A stretch of 64,000 nt of DNA from an uncultured Alphaproteobacteria bacterium (GTDB lineage Bacteria; Pseudomonadota; Alphaproteobacteria; Sphingomonadales; Sphingomonadaceae). The position numbers were made by a program, and so were the translations under genes. Shown in pieces: positions 1 to 9,920 of the stretch. Every line of letters begins with the position of its first letter. Position 1 is the first letter of the stretch. The notes under the pieces are model-generated. The model searched no databases and was not told the origin of the DNA. It saw only the letters and a list, made by a program, of their open reading frames with translations. The stretch lies in assembly GCA_963765775.1 (NCBI GenBank), contig CAVXXQ010000007.1, positions 57,769 through 121,768 on the forward strand. Reading direction: 5' to 3'.

Positions 1-53
1 CTTCGGCACATGACCCAAGCGACAGGGCCAACCCCGCAACCCCAAAAGCAAAA

Positions 54-152
54 CCCGTTCGCCCTGAGCTTGTCGAAGGGCCGTACTTACGCTTCGCTCC
101 AAGAGTGGAACACAAGGAAGAACGATGCTTCGACAAGCTCAGCACGAACGGG
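54..152. repeat. REP/MITE-like inverted repeat (type A)
   Basis: Arms CCCGTTCGCCCTGAGCTTGTCGAAG (54-78) and CTTCGACAAGCTCAGCACGAACGGG (128-152) are 25-bp reverse complements with 2 mismatches. Confidence 0.85.
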
Positions 153-166
153 TCTGGAGGTTGTGC

Positions 167-628
167 TTAAGCCACCGTCGCCTTGACGATCTTGCCGGGC
201 GCACGCGGCGGTTCGCCCTTGGGCAGCGCGTGGACGTGTTCCATGCCGCTCGTGACCTGGCCCCACACGGTGTACTGCTTGTCGAGGAAGCGCGCGTCGT
301 CGAGGCAGATGAAGAACTGCGAATTGGCGCTGTTGGGGCTTTGCGAGCGGGCCATCGAGCACACGCCTTCGACGTGCGGTTCGGCGTTGAATTCCGCCGC
401 AAGGTCGGGCTTGTCGCTGCCGCCCATGCCGGTGCCGGTCGGATCGCCGCCCTGCGCCATGAAGCCGTTGATGACGCGGTGGAAGATCACGCCGTCATAG
501 AAGCCTTCGCTCGCCAGTTCGGCGATGCGCGCGACGTGGCCGGGGGCCAGATCGGGGCGTAGCTTGATGACGACGTCCTTGGGCTCGGCATCGCCGGTGT
601 CGAGGGTGAAGGTGAGGGTTTCGGCCAT
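167..628 (-). CDS. Cyclophilin-type peptidyl-prolyl cis-trans isomerase
   Basis: C-terminal 153 aa of track ORF 167..1582, start re-picked at ATG 628 (MAETLTF) behind an AGGAG RBS; FHRVINGFMAQGGDP and ANSQFFI motifs. Confidence 0.95.
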   Translation of the reverse strand: MAETLTFTLDTGDAEPKDVVIKLRPDLAPGHVARIAELASEGFYDGVIFHRVINGFMAQGGDPTGTGMGGSDKPDLAAEFNAEPHVEGVCSMARSQSPNSANSQFFICLDDARFLDKQYTVWGQVTSGMEHVHALPKGEPPRAPGKIVKATVA

Positions 629-730
629 TATGTATCTCCTGCGGGAATTTGCCCGCGCTTTTAGCAGCCAAAACCCGCCTGTCACCCTCCTCCGCTTGCT
701 TTTCATCTGCCCCCACGTAAACGCCTCAAT

Positions 731-2179
731 ATGGCCGATGACCGCATCCTTGAAGACGATCTCATGATCGCCGATCCGGCAGATGCAGGCGCGCGCCCGG
801 ACGACCGCGTCGATGACGAGCGGCACGACGGGGAAAACCGGCTCAAGCCATCGTTCGTCAGCGCGGTGCACGATGCGATGGCAGCGGGCGACAAGGGCGC
901 GGTGTACGATCTGGTCGAGCCGCTCCACGCCGCCGACATCGCCGACCTGATCGAACTGCTCGAACCGCGCGAGCGTGCGCAGCTCGCCTCCACGATCAGC
1001 GATCTGATGACCGGCGAGGTGGTTGCCGAGCTTAACGATTACGTCCGCGAAGACCTGATGGACACGCTGTCCGCGCAGGCCGTCGCGGTGATCGCCGAAC
1101 AGCTCGACACCGACGATGCGGTGCAGCTGATCGAGGACTTGGATGAGGCCGACCAGCGCGCGGTGATGGCCGAACTGGAGCCCGAAACGCGCGAGGCGGT
1201 GTCCAGTGCGCTCGCCTATCCCGAAGAGACCGCCGGGCGCTTGATGAGCCGGCACTTCGTGGCGGTGCCCGAGCATCTGACTGTCGGCAATCTCATCGAT
1301 TTCCTGCGCGAGGACGGCGATCTCGACCACGATTTCTTCGAGGTCTTCGTGATCGACGAGCGGCACCATCCGGTCGGCACCTGCGCGCTGTCGTGGGTGC
1401 TGACGACGCCGCGCAACGTGCGGCTGACCGATGTGATGAAGCGCGACCAGACCCTGATCCCGGTGACGATGGATCAGGAAGAAGCGGCGCTGATGTTCCA
1501 GAAATACGCGCTGATCTCGGCCGCGGTGGTGGACGAGAGCGGGCGGCTGGTGGGGCAGATGACGGTCGACGATATCGTCCACATCATCTCCGAAGAAGCA
1601 GCGGAAGACGCCCTGCTGATGTCGGGTGCGGGCGACGGGGACATCAACGAGCCGCTGCGCGAGGCCTATTTCAGCCGCGTGCGCTGGCTGATCGCCAATC
1701 TCGGCACGGCAGTGATCGCCTCGTCGATCATCGCGTTCTTCGGCGCGGCGATCGAGCAGCTGGTGGCGCTCGCGATCCTTATGCCGATCGTTGCCAGCAT
1801 CGGCGGCAATGCCGGCACGCAGACGATGGCCGTGGCGGTGCGCGCGATTGCGACCAACCAGCTCACCCGCTCGAACACCAAGCGCATCCTGTGGCGCGAG
1901 TTCCGCGTCGCGCTGCTCAACGGCGGCACCATCGCGCTGCTGATCGGATTTGCGGCAGGCTTCCTGTTCTCGCCGATGATGGGCGTGGTGATTGCGATGG
2001 CGATGGTCATCAATATCGCGATTGCGGGTCTTGCAGGCGTGCTGGTGCCGGTGATTTTCGAGCGGCTGGATCAGGACCCGGCGGTCGCCTCCAGCGTGTT
2101 CGTCACCATGATCACGGATTCGATGGGCTTCTTCGCCTTCTTAGGTTTGGCAGTGGCGATGGGTCTGGCCACGTTCTAA
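731..2179 (+). CDS. mgtE: Magnesium transporter MgtE
   Basis: Acidic N-domain, CBS pair (YPEETAGRLM), TM domain with GGNAGTQT and TMITDSMGFF. Confidence 0.95.
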   Translation: MADDRILEDDLMIADPADAGARPDDRVDDERHDGENRLKPSFVSAVHDAMAAGDKGAVYDLVEPLHAADIADLIELLEPRERAQLASTISDLMTGEVVAELNDYVREDLMDTLSAQAVAVIAEQLDTDDAVQLIEDLDEADQRAVMAELEPETREAVSSALAYPEETAGRLMSRHFVAVPEHLTVGNLIDFLREDGDLDHDFFEVFVIDERHHPVGTCALSWVLTTPRNVRLTDVMKRDQTLIPVTMDQEEAALMFQKYALISAAVVDESGRLVGQMTVDDIVHIISEEAAEDALLMSGAGDGDINEPLREAYFSRVRWLIANLGTAVIASSIIAFFGAAIEQLVALAILMPIVASIGGNAGTQTMAVAVRAIATNQLTRSNTKRILWREFRVALLNGGTIALLIGFAAGFLFSPMMGVVIAMAMVINIAIAGLAGVLVPVIFERLDQDPAVASSVFVTMITDSMGFFAFLGLAVAMGLATF

Positions 2180-2206
2180 CGCTTTCCCCAACGATAAAGG
2201 GAGAGA

Positions 2207-2968
2207 GTGATGGCAGGACGTGTGGCAGGCAAAGTGGTGCTGCTGACCGGCGGCGCGATGGGTCTGGGCAAGGCGGCTACAAGTGCGCTGATGGCCGAGG
2301 GCGCAACGGTCATCATCACCGATATCGACGAGGCAGCGGGCCGCGCCACGGCGGCGGAACTGGGCTGCGATTACTTGCCGCAGGACGTAACCGACTGGGC
2401 GCGCTGGCAGGCGGTAATCGCCGAGGTCGAAGCATCTCATGGCCGGCTCGACGTGCTGGTTAACAATGCCGCGATCACCGTGTTCGGGTCGATCGCCGAC
2501 ATCTCGGTCGAAGACTTCAAGCGCTGCTACACGGTCGATGTGGATTCGATCTTCATGGGTTGCAAGGCGGCGATCCCGCTGATGGCGAAGAGCGGCGGCG
2601 GCTCCATCGTCAACTTCTCGTCAGCGGCGGGCAACAAGGTCTCGCCAGACCTTGCCGCCTACAACAGCGCCAAGGCGGCGGTGGTGACGCTCACCAAGAG
2701 CATCGCCCTCTACTGTGCGCGCGAGAAGAACAATGTGCGCGTGAACTCGGTACAGCCCGGCACGATCCTCACCCCCAACGTGGAAAGCGTCATCGCCGGC
2801 ACGCCCGATCCTGACGCGACCCGCGCGGCCTTCTCTGTCGCCCAGCCCATCGGCCGGATGGGCGAGGTCGACGATATCGCGCACCTCGTGGTCTATCTCG
2901 CCAGCGACGAGAGCAAGTTTGCCACAGGCGCGCCGTTTATTGTGGACGGGGGCCTCAGCATTGCTTGA
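2207..2968 (+). CDS. SDR family oxidoreductase
   Basis: TGGAMGLG, NNAA, YNSAK (YxxxK), GRMGEVDDIA. Confidence 0.93.
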   Translation: MMAGRVAGKVVLLTGGAMGLGKAATSALMAEGATVIITDIDEAAGRATAAELGCDYLPQDVTDWARWQAVIAEVEASHGRLDVLVNNAAITVFGSIADISVEDFKRCYTVDVDSIFMGCKAAIPLMAKSGGGSIVNFSSAAGNKVSPDLAAYNSAKAAVVTLTKSIALYCAREKNNVRVNSVQPGTILTPNVESVIAGTPDPDATRAAFSVAQPIGRMGEVDDIAHLVVYLASDESKFATGAPFIVDGGLSIA

Positions 2969-2998
2969 TCGCAGCGGGCATCGGCCCACATTGGGGCC

Positions 2999-3391
2999 AT
3001 GCCGCTGCACCTGACCAAGATCGCCTTCGGGGCGAAGAGCTACGAGCATCTCGAAGGTTGGTATCGGGGACGGGAGGCCATCGCGCTCACCACCCGCAAC
3101 CGCCCGACGCGGCACGAGGAATGCGTCGGCGGCTCGCTGTTCTGGATCATCAACCACGCGATCGTCGCGCGCTCGGCGATCCTCGGCTTCGAGAAGACCG
3201 AGGACGGGCGCTGGGACATCGTGCTCGAGCCGGTGCTGGTCCGCGTCCACCAGCAGGCGAAACGCGCGCACCAAGGCTGGCGCTATCTCACCGAAGACAA
3301 GGCCCCCAAGGACGTGCCCGAGGGCGAGGACATCGGCGACGCGCTGCCGGGGAAGCTGGCCATGAAGCTGGAGCGCTTGGGCCTCGTCTGA
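2999..3391 (+). CDS. DUF1489 family protein
   Basis: MPLHLTK start; GGSLFWII and HQGWRYL motifs typical of DUF1489. Confidence 0.8.
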   Translation: MPLHLTKIAFGAKSYEHLEGWYRGREAIALTTRNRPTRHEECVGGSLFWIINHAIVARSAILGFEKTEDGRWDIVLEPVLVRVHQQAKRAHQGWRYLTEDKAPKDVPEGEDIGDALPGKLAMKLERLGLV

Positions 3392-3431
3392 AGCGGCGGG
3401 GACAGGCCTCTTGCCCGCCCCCGCCCCTCAT

Positions 3432-3953
3432 TCAGAAGCTGACCGCGCGCGCGTTGCTGGCGTTATGACCGCCGTTGCGACCCAGCACTTCGCGGATGCG
3501 CTGTTCGTCGATGCCGGTGTCCTCGACCGTCACCACCACGCCGCCATCCTTGATGCGGTCGTTGTAGTAGGTCGCGTCATCCTCGCCGACGCCGTGCTTG
3601 GTCAGGGTCTCGTTGAGCGTCCCGCCGATCGCGCCGATCGCTGCGCCGACACCCATCGCTCCGGGGATGGCCGCGGACGCAATCGCGCCTGCCGCAACCA
3701 GCGGACCGACACCCGGGATCGCCAGTGCCGCCACGCCCAGCCCTGCGCCGAGCGCGCCGCCGCCGAGGATGCCGCGCAGCACATTGGTGTGGTCCTCGTC
3801 GGTCACCTCGCCGTCAGCCGAACGCGCGGTGGTGGTGCCCTTGTGATGGGCAATCACCGACATGTAATGATCGCCGATGCCGAGCGTCCGAAGATCAGTG
3901 ACGGCGCGCTCCGCTTCGGCGTGGCTGTCGAAAATCGCAGATACCTTGGACAT
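3432..3953 (-). CDS. General stress protein-like membrane protein with glycine zipper (YflT-like)
   Basis: Start re-picked at ATG 3953 (MSKVSAIFDSHAEAERAV); Gly/Ala zipper (GALGAGLGVAALAIPGVGPLVAAG); GGVVVTV motif. Confidence 0.75.
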   Translation of the reverse strand: MSKVSAIFDSHAEAERAVTDLRTLGIGDHYMSVIAHHKGTTTARSADGEVTDEDHTNVLRGILGGGALGAGLGVAALAIPGVGPLVAAGAIASAAIPGAMGVGAAIGAIGGTLNETLTKHGVGEDDATYYNDRIKDGGVVVTVEDTGIDEQRIREVLGRNGGHNASNARAVSF

Positions 3954-4114
3954 AAGTGTTCTCCTGCTGTGATGGCGCGTCCGGCCTGTGGCCTGGATCG
4001 CGGGGTGCATCCTTGCAGGAGATCGCGGGGGGCGGCGCTGACATGGGTGGCTGTCGGATAGCCCCTTGGCCCGGATTTGGGTCAGCTTGTCGCGCTGGTT
4101 TGTCGCCGCCCTTT

Positions 4115-4197
4115 TCGTCATCCCAGCGCAAGCTGGGACCTAGGGCGGCAAGCGCGGTGTGAGCCGCTCTAGGTCCCAGCTTGCGCTGGGATGACGA
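4115..4197. repeat. REP-like inverted repeat (type B)
   Basis: Perfect 29-bp arms TCGTCATCCCAGCGCAAGCTGGGACCTAG (4115-4143) and its reverse complement (4169-4197); each arm holds an internal CCCAGC..GCTGGG hairpin. Confidence 0.92.
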
Positions 4198-4205
4198 GGT
4201 TGAGA

Positions 4206-4892
4206 TTATGAAGGCGCCCGCGCCTTCTCAGCGACGCGCCTGAGCGCATTCACATACACCTCGGGGGCCTGCGCGCCGGGGATGAGGAATTTGCCCTCAA
4301 CAATCATCGCAGGCACGCCCGAGATGTTCATGTCCCACGCCTGCGCTTCCTCGGCCAGCACGCGAGCTTCGAGATCGGGGTCGTCCAGCGCCGCCTTGGC
4401 CGCGGCGCGGTGGAGGCCCACGGACGCCGCGATGTCGAGCAGGACGTCGCGGTCAGACAGGTTCCGGCGCTCGTTGAAATGCGCCCGGAACAACGCGAGT
4501 TTCAGCGCGGTCTGCACCTCGGGCCCGGCCTGCTCCAGCGCGAAGCCGAGCAGCTTGTGGCACGTCCGGGTGTTCCACATCATCGCCGGCGGAGCTTCGC
4601 CCTCACCCTCGTAGGACAGCGACACGCCTGCCCCTTCCGCGATGGCCTTCATCTGGCCGCGCAAGGCAGCGCCTTCCTCGGCGGGACGGCGGTACTTGCG
4701 CTGAAGGTGCGCCTCCTGCTCCTCGCCCTCGTGCGCCATGTCGGGGTTCAGCTCGAAGGGCCGCCAGCGGATCTCCGCCGCGATCTCGCCTTCGAGTTGC
4801 TCCAAAGCCTTGGTCAGCTGGCCATAACCGATCAGGCACCACGGGCACATGACATCGGAGTAGATGTCGATGGTCAGCTTCTGCGCCGTCAC
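4206..4892 (-). CDS. DsbA/FrnE family oxidoreductase
   Basis: SDVMCPWC (CPWC), ISGVP cis-Pro loop, GAQ motif; probable GTG start at 4892 overlapping the nudC stop (GTGA). Confidence 0.92.
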   Translation of the reverse strand: MTAQKLTIDIYSDVMCPWCLIGYGQLTKALEQLEGEIAAEIRWRPFELNPDMAHEGEEQEAHLQRKYRRPAEEGAALRGQMKAIAEGAGVSLSYEGEGEAPPAMMWNTRTCHKLLGFALEQAGPEVQTALKLALFRAHFNERRNLSDRDVLLDIAASVGLHRAAAKAALDDPDLEARVLAEEAQAWDMNISGVPAMIVEGKFLIPGAQAPEVYVNALRRVAEKARAPS

Positions 4893-5785
4893 CGGTCGAG
4901 CCACCAGCACACGAGGTGATGCGCGATGGCGAAAGGGCGCGGGAAGTAGAGGAGGTCGGTGCCCGCCTCGCCCGCCGCGCGTGCCGCTTCCAGCTCCTCG
5001 CGGGTGAACCAGCGCGCGTCTTCCAGTTCGGTGGTGTCGATGGTGATTGCCGGATCGTCGGCGACCGACGTGCAGCCGATCATCAGCTGGCTCGGGAAGG
5101 GCCAGGGCTGGCTGGCGATGTATTTGACATCGCGCACGCGCACGCCCGCTTCCTCGTGGATTTCGCGCGCGACGGCTTCCTCGATGGTTTCGCCGGGTTC
5201 GACGAAACCGGCGAGCGCGGAGTACATCTTGGGCGGAAAGCGCGGCTGTCGGCCCAGCAGCAGCTTGTCCTCATGCTCGACCAGCATGATCGTCACCGGA
5301 TCGGTGCGCGGGAAGTGGTCCGCGCCGCACGCATCGCAGTGCCGCTGCCAGCCGCCCTTGACGAGCTTCGTCGCCCCGCCGCAGCGCGCACAGAAGCGGT
5401 GCCGCGCGTGCCAGTCGGCAAGGCTGCGCGCGCAGCCATAGATCGCGAGATCGGGCGGGGAGAGTTGGGTCATCAGCTGCCACGCCCTCGGCATGGCATA
5501 GGCCGGGCCTTCCGCGCCCTCGCCCGGCACGGGGACGAAATGCGCCTTGCCGTCCAGCATGCCGAGGAACACCAGTTCGGCGGTCTCGGCCACATCGGCA
5601 AGGCTGCCCCACACAAGACCGCCCTGATCATCCACGCCGGGCAGCAAGCCATCGAGCAGCAGCACACGCGCGCGCCAGTTCATCAGCTCGCCCAGCGCCG
5701 CCTCATCCGTGCGGATGTGATCCGCGCGGTCGAGCGGCGATCCGGCGAAGGCCATCATCGCAGCCGGCGCAGCAGGCGCGTGCAT
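4889..5785 (-). CDS. nudC: NAD(+)/NADH pyrophosphatase NudC
   Basis: Zn ribbon (RFCARCG..RHCDACG), FPRTDP, Nudix box GFVEPGETIEEAVAREIHEEAG, SQPWPFP; ATG 5785 overlaps the upstream stop (TGATG). Confidence 0.95.
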   Translation of the reverse strand: MHAPAAPAAMMAFAGSPLDRADHIRTDEAALGELMNWRARVLLLDGLLPGVDDQGGLVWGSLADVAETAELVFLGMLDGKAHFVPVPGEGAEGPAYAMPRAWQLMTQLSPPDLAIYGCARSLADWHARHRFCARCGGATKLVKGGWQRHCDACGADHFPRTDPVTIMLVEHEDKLLLGRQPRFPPKMYSALAGFVEPGETIEEAVAREIHEEAGVRVRDVKYIASQPWPFPSQLMIGCTSVADDPAITIDTTELEDARWFTREELEAARAAGEAGTDLLYFPRPFAIAHHLVCWWLDR

Positions 5786-7110
5786 CACGCGGCCTTCTTG
5801 CCCATCTTGGCGCGCATCGCGGCAAGATCGGCATCGAGCGCGGCGATGAATTCTTCGCGGATCGGATAGGCCTCGGACGGCATGTACTGGGTCCACAGCG
5901 CCGTGCGCAGCTTGAGGTCGAAGTCGACCGCGCCGAGCGTGCCCGCTGCCCCGCCCCAGCCGAAGGTCGAGCCCTTGACGCGCCCGCCCGCGCCGTGGCC
6001 CTCGCCCTCGATCCAGCTGCCCTTGGTATCGACGCTGGCGGGGAGCAAGTTCGATGTGCCAACGCGCACCGCCTCCTCGCTCATCACGAACTTGCCGCTG
6101 ATCGTGCCGTAGCCGAGCACCATCCGCAGGAACCGGTCATAGTCCTTGGGGCTGGAAACCAGCCCGCCGCCGCCGGACGGCACCTCCGGCGCGTCGAGGT
6201 AGATCGAATTGGCCGCCGGATCGATCGGGAAGGCGTTGCCGCCGACGATGCCGTAATTGTCGGTGAGGCGGCCCGCCTCGCTGGCGGGGACCTGCATCCA
6301 GGTGCTGGTCATGCCGCAGGGATCGAAGATGCGCTGCTTGAGGAAGGCTTCGAACTCCATGCCGCTCACCACTTCGATGACGCGGCCAAGCAGGTCGATC
6401 GATGCCGAATAGCTCCACTTGGTGGCGGGTTGGTACATCAGCGGCAGCTCGGCCAAGCGGTCGGCCCAAACCGCAAGGCCCGGCGCAGGGGTAACCGGCG
6501 GGAAGCCCGGGATCGGCATGCGGCTGACCCGCCCGCCGACGAGGCCCTGCTCGTTGAAGGCCTTTTGCAGCGGCCCCTTGCTGACGATCTGGTAGCCGAG
6601 GCCCGCCGTGTGGGTAAGCAGCTGGCGGATCGTGATCGGCTGGTTGGCGGGCACTGTCTCGTCGAGCGAGCCTTCGGGATTGATCAGCACGCGCATGTTG
6701 CGGAACGCAGGCAGGATCTCGTGGACTGGCTGATCGAGGCCGAGCTTGCCTTCGTCGATCAGGATCATGGTGGCCATGCCGGTGATCGGCTTCGTCATCG
6801 AATAGATGCGGTAGAGCGAGTTTTCGTCGACCGGGGTGGGCTTCGCCAGCGACAGCGTGCCGCCGCCGACGGTGTGGGGGTGGTCTTCCTGCCCCCAGCC
6901 GAAGGTCAGGAACAGATTGGCGAGCTTGCGCTGCGAGACATACTTGTCCGCCATCGCCGCGACATTCGCCCAGCTCTCGCTCACGTCATGCGCGAAGGCC
7001 GCTCTGCCAAACGGCAGGCTGGTCAGCACCGCGCCGCCGGCGAATAGCGCGCTGTGCCGGAACAGGGAACGGCGCGAGAGGGCGAGCGAGGCTTGGGTGT
7101 CAAATGGCAT
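5785..7110 (-). CDS. Serine hydrolase, beta-lactamase class C-like family, with Tat signal
   Basis: SRRSLF twin-arginine leader; YSMTK (SxxK), LLTHTAG, WSYS; start re-picked at ATG 7110. Confidence 0.9.
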   Translation of the reverse strand: MPFDTQASLALSRRSLFRHSALFAGGAVLTSLPFGRAAFAHDVSESWANVAAMADKYVSQRKLANLFLTFGWGQEDHPHTVGGGTLSLAKPTPVDENSLYRIYSMTKPITGMATMILIDEGKLGLDQPVHEILPAFRNMRVLINPEGSLDETVPANQPITIRQLLTHTAGLGYQIVSKGPLQKAFNEQGLVGGRVSRMPIPGFPPVTPAPGLAVWADRLAELPLMYQPATKWSYSASIDLLGRVIEVVSGMEFEAFLKQRIFDPCGMTSTWMQVPASEAGRLTDNYGIVGGNAFPIDPAANSIYLDAPEVPSGGGGLVSSPKDYDRFLRMVLGYGTISGKFVMSEEAVRVGTSNLLPASVDTKGSWIEGEGHGAGGRVKGSTFGWGGAAGTLGAVDFDLKLRTALWTQYMPSEAYPIREEFIAALDADLAAMRAKMGKKAA

Positions 7111-7236
7111 GAGGCAGAATCTCCGAAACGGGTCGGGCGCCTGTCTGCGGCAGGCTGCCCTTCTGGTCAATCGGGCGGGTCAATCGCGGGCGCACGGCAC
7201 CTTGCAGAGCGTTGGTGTATTGCCTATATAGGACAC

Positions 7237-7458
7237 ATGCTCAATATCCTTGCCTATCTCGTCGGCCTTGTCAGCCTCGTCATCGTCATCCCCGCGCAGA
7301 TCCCGCTGCTCGGCTGGGCCAACTGGTTCGCCCTGCCGCTGATCGTGGTCGGCATCATCATCGGCGCGCTGTCGTCGAAGGACGGGGGGCGCAATTTCTG
7401 CCTCGTCGTCCTGCTGATCGCGGCGGTGCGGCTGACACTGGGCGGCGGCGTCCTTTAG
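7237..7458 (+). CDS. Small membrane protein (73 aa)
   Basis: MLNILAYLVGLVSL..., about three hydrophobic segments, GGA RBS; C-terminal part of track ORF 7054..7458. Confidence 0.7.
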   Translation: MLNILAYLVGLVSLVIVIPAQIPLLGWANWFALPLIVVGIIIGALSSKDGGRNFCLVVLLIAAVRLTLGGGVL

Positions 7459-8492
7459 GCCAGCGCGAGGGCGGCCACCTTGGCGAACAGGGTCGCAAGC
7501 CCCGCCTCGCCGATCCGCGCCACCGGCCACCACTGGCCCTCGCCTTCCGGCTGCGCAGCGGTTTCGATCGCCCGCACTTCGAGCGTCAGATGCGCATGGG
7601 TAAACCCGTGCCGCACCGCGCCGCAACTTCGCCATGCGGCCTTCATCGGCACCTCGCCCGACCCGTCGGCGCGCGCGGTCCAGCCGTCGTCCGGCAGAGC
7701 GCGCATCCCGCCCAGCATACCGGTGCCGGGGCGGGTGACGAGCCACACCTCCGCGCCATTCCCCCGCGTGATCCAGAAGGCAGTCCCGCGCCGCTCAGGC
7801 ACCGCCTTCTTCGCAGGCTTGACCGGCAGCCGCTCGGGCTCGCCCTGCTTGCGGCCCTCGCAGTCCGCCGCGAGCGGGCAGAGCAGGCAGCGCGGGTTTC
7901 GGGTGGTGCAGATGTGCGATCCGAGATCCATCATCGCCTGCGCAAAGTCGCCAGACCGGTCGTCCGGCGTGATCGTATCGGCGGCGGCGCGGATCGCCTT
8001 CCGCGCCCCAGGCAGCGGCTCTGCGATAGCAAAGAGACGTGCCACCACCCGCTCGACATTGGCATCGACCACCACTGCGCGCCGCCCGAAGGCGATCGCG
8101 GCGACGGCGGCGGCGGTGTAGTCGCCTAGGCCGGCGAGCTTGCGCAGCTCCGCCTCGGTGTCGGGAAAGCCGCCCAGTTCGGCCACAGCGGCTGCGCATT
8201 TCACGAGGTTGCGGGCCCGCGAATAGTATCCCAGCCCCGCCCACGCCGCCATGACGTCATCGTCGCTCGCCGCAGCCAGCGCAGCCACGCTCGGCCACGT
8301 GGCGGTGAACTTGGCGAAGTACGGCTTCACCGCCGCCACGGTGGTCTGCTGGAGCATCACCTCGGACAGCCACACGCGGTAGGGCCATTCCGGATCGTCC
8401 GGCAGCGGCGAACCCGGCGGCGCGCGCCACGGCAGGTCGCGGGCGTGCGTATCATACCATGCGAGGAGCGAAGCGGAGATGCTGGCGGTCAC
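7455..8492 (-). CDS. mutY: A/G-specific adenine glycosylase MutY
   Basis: VWLSEVMLQQT, WAGLGYYSRARN, HhH-GPD (VDANV), Fe-S loop CTTRNPRCLLCPLAADC. Confidence 0.96.
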   Translation of the reverse strand: MTASISASLLAWYDTHARDLPWRAPPGSPLPDDPEWPYRVWLSEVMLQQTTVAAVKPYFAKFTATWPSVAALAAASDDDVMAAWAGLGYYSRARNLVKCAAAVAELGGFPDTEAELRKLAGLGDYTAAAVAAIAFGRRAVVVDANVERVVARLFAIAEPLPGARKAIRAAADTITPDDRSGDFAQAMMDLGSHICTTRNPRCLLCPLAADCEGRKQGEPERLPVKPAKKAVPERRGTAFWITRGNGAEVWLVTRPGTGMLGGMRALPDDGWTARADGSGEVPMKAAWRSCGAVRHGFTHAHLTLEVRAIETAAQPEGEGQWWPVARIGEAGLATLFAKVAALALA

Positions 8493-8506
8493 GCGCGGGC
8501 TATGGC

Positions 8507-9058
8507 ATGGCTGCGCCGACTATGGGAAGCGGCACACCGAAAACTCCGAGACCTTATTCGCGCCCGCGCGGAAAAGGCGCGCGCGCGATCGGCGATCTCA
8601 TGCCCGAAATCGGCCGCACCGCCTTCCGCCGCTTCGGCTTTGTGCAAAGCTCGGTCGTCACCCGCTGGCCCGAAATCGTCGGCCCTCGCCACGCTCGCGT
8701 GTGCAGCCCCGAGGCGATCCGCTTTCCCCCCGGCGAGAAGGCCGAAGGCATCCTCCAGCTGGTCGTCCTTCCCGCCCACGCCCCGCTGATCGAGCAGGTG
8801 ACCCCTGAGATCATCGAGCGGGTGAACCGCTTCTTCGGCTACAAGGCCGTCGCCCGCGTGAAGCTGCGCCAGGGCGCGGTCACCCCGCCGGTGGACGACC
8901 GGCCCGCCAAGCCGCCGCCGTCCTTGAAGCCGATCCCGCTGGAACTCGGCGACAGCTTGCGCGATATCGGCGATCCGGAACTGCGCACGGTGCTCGAATC
9001 CCTCGCGCGCAGCCTCTCGAACACCGAAACCCCGACCCCGACGGAAGACGACACGTGA
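8507..9058 (+). CDS. DUF721 / DciA family protein
   Basis: VTRWPEIVG and EIIERVNRFFGYKAV motifs; divergent from mutY and upstream of DsbA-smc as in other Alphaproteobacteria; start uncertain (8507 or 8522). Confidence 0.85.
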   Translation: MAAPTMGSGTPKTPRPYSRPRGKGARAIGDLMPEIGRTAFRRFGFVQSSVVTRWPEIVGPRHARVCSPEAIRFPPGEKAEGILQLVVLPAHAPLIEQVTPEIIERVNRFFGYKAVARVKLRQGAVTPPVDDRPAKPPPSLKPIPLELGDSLRDIGDPELRTVLESLARSLSNTETPTPTEDDT

Positions 9059-9825
9059 TGATGAAGCCCCTCCTCCTTGCCGCCAGCGCAGCCCTCGTGT
9101 TTGCCGCTGGTGCCGCCACCGCACAGCAGGCCCCCAAAACAGGGCAGGACCTCTCGCGCCCCGGCAGCAGCTTCACGCCGCAGGACAACCCCGGCACTTG
9201 GGTCAGCACTGTCACCCGCACGGATCGCGGCCATGTGATCGGCAATCCGGCTGCCAAGGAAAAGCTGATCGAGTTCATCAGCTACACCTGTTCGCACTGC
9301 GCCGACTTTGCCGCGCGGGGCGAGCCGCCGCTTGAAATCGTGCTGCTGGCGCCGGGCAAGATGACGCTAGAGGTGCGCCCGCGCCTGCGCAACGGGCTCG
9401 ACATCACCGCGACCCTGCTCGCCAATTGCGGTAATCCGGCCGGGTTCAAGGCCCGCCATCAGGCGCTGATGATCAATCAGGCGGTCTGGCTCGGCAAGGC
9501 CCGCGCCGCGCCTGCCACCCAGCAACAGCTATGGGAGCGCGCCGACAAGGCCGGGCGGATGAACGCCGCCAGCGCGCTCGGCCTCACCGCGCTGCTCGCC
9601 GAACGCGGGCAGTCCAAGGCCGAGCTCGATGCCTGCGTGTCGAACGATGCCGCGGCCGCCAAGCTGATCGCCAATGACGAGGCTGACGGGGCCGAGTTCG
9701 GCGTCAACAGCACGCCGAGCTTCGCGATGGACGGCAAGCTGCTCGCCGATGTGCACAACTGGGCGGCGCTCTACCCCGTGCTCTCCGCCAAATTCGCGCC
9801 TCCGGCTCCCGCCCAAGGCAGCTAA
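9055..9825 (+). CDS. DsbA-like thioredoxin-domain protein (copy 1, Sec signal)
   Basis: Signal peptide; EFISYTCSHCADF; NSTPSF. Confidence 0.9.
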   Translation: MMMKPLLLAASAALVFAAGAATAQQAPKTGQDLSRPGSSFTPQDNPGTWVSTVTRTDRGHVIGNPAAKEKLIEFISYTCSHCADFAARGEPPLEIVLLAPGKMTLEVRPRLRNGLDITATLLANCGNPAGFKARHQALMINQAVWLGKARAAPATQQQLWERADKAGRMNAASALGLTALLAERGQSKAELDACVSNDAAAAKLIANDEADGAEFGVNSTPSFAMDGKLLADVHNWAALYPVLSAKFAPPAPAQGS

Positions 9826-9859
9826 GCCTGCGAATTGTTCACAGCCCGCAACGACGCGC

Positions 9860-9887
9860 TTGCTGCAAAGGCGCGTGCGCGGCTATC
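9860..9887 (+). promoter_or_regulatory. Putative sigma70 promoter of DsbA copy 2 (duplicated at 10729-10756)
   Basis: TTGCTG-N16-GCTATC here and TTGCTG-N16-GCTATT at 10729-10756, conserved between the two duplicated upstream regions. Confidence 0.5.
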
Positions 9888-9920
9888 TTGTTTGCCTGAT
9901 CTTCTGAGGACTGCTCCCCG

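Noticed and set aside
629-1582. N-terminal 318 aa of track ORF 167..1582
   Set aside because: Antisense shadow of mgtE; the cyclophilin starts at ATG 628 behind its own RBS
3954-4114. EcfG/sigmaT promoter expected upstream of the general stress protein gene
   Set aside because: No GGAAC-N16/17-CGTT match found on the minus strand
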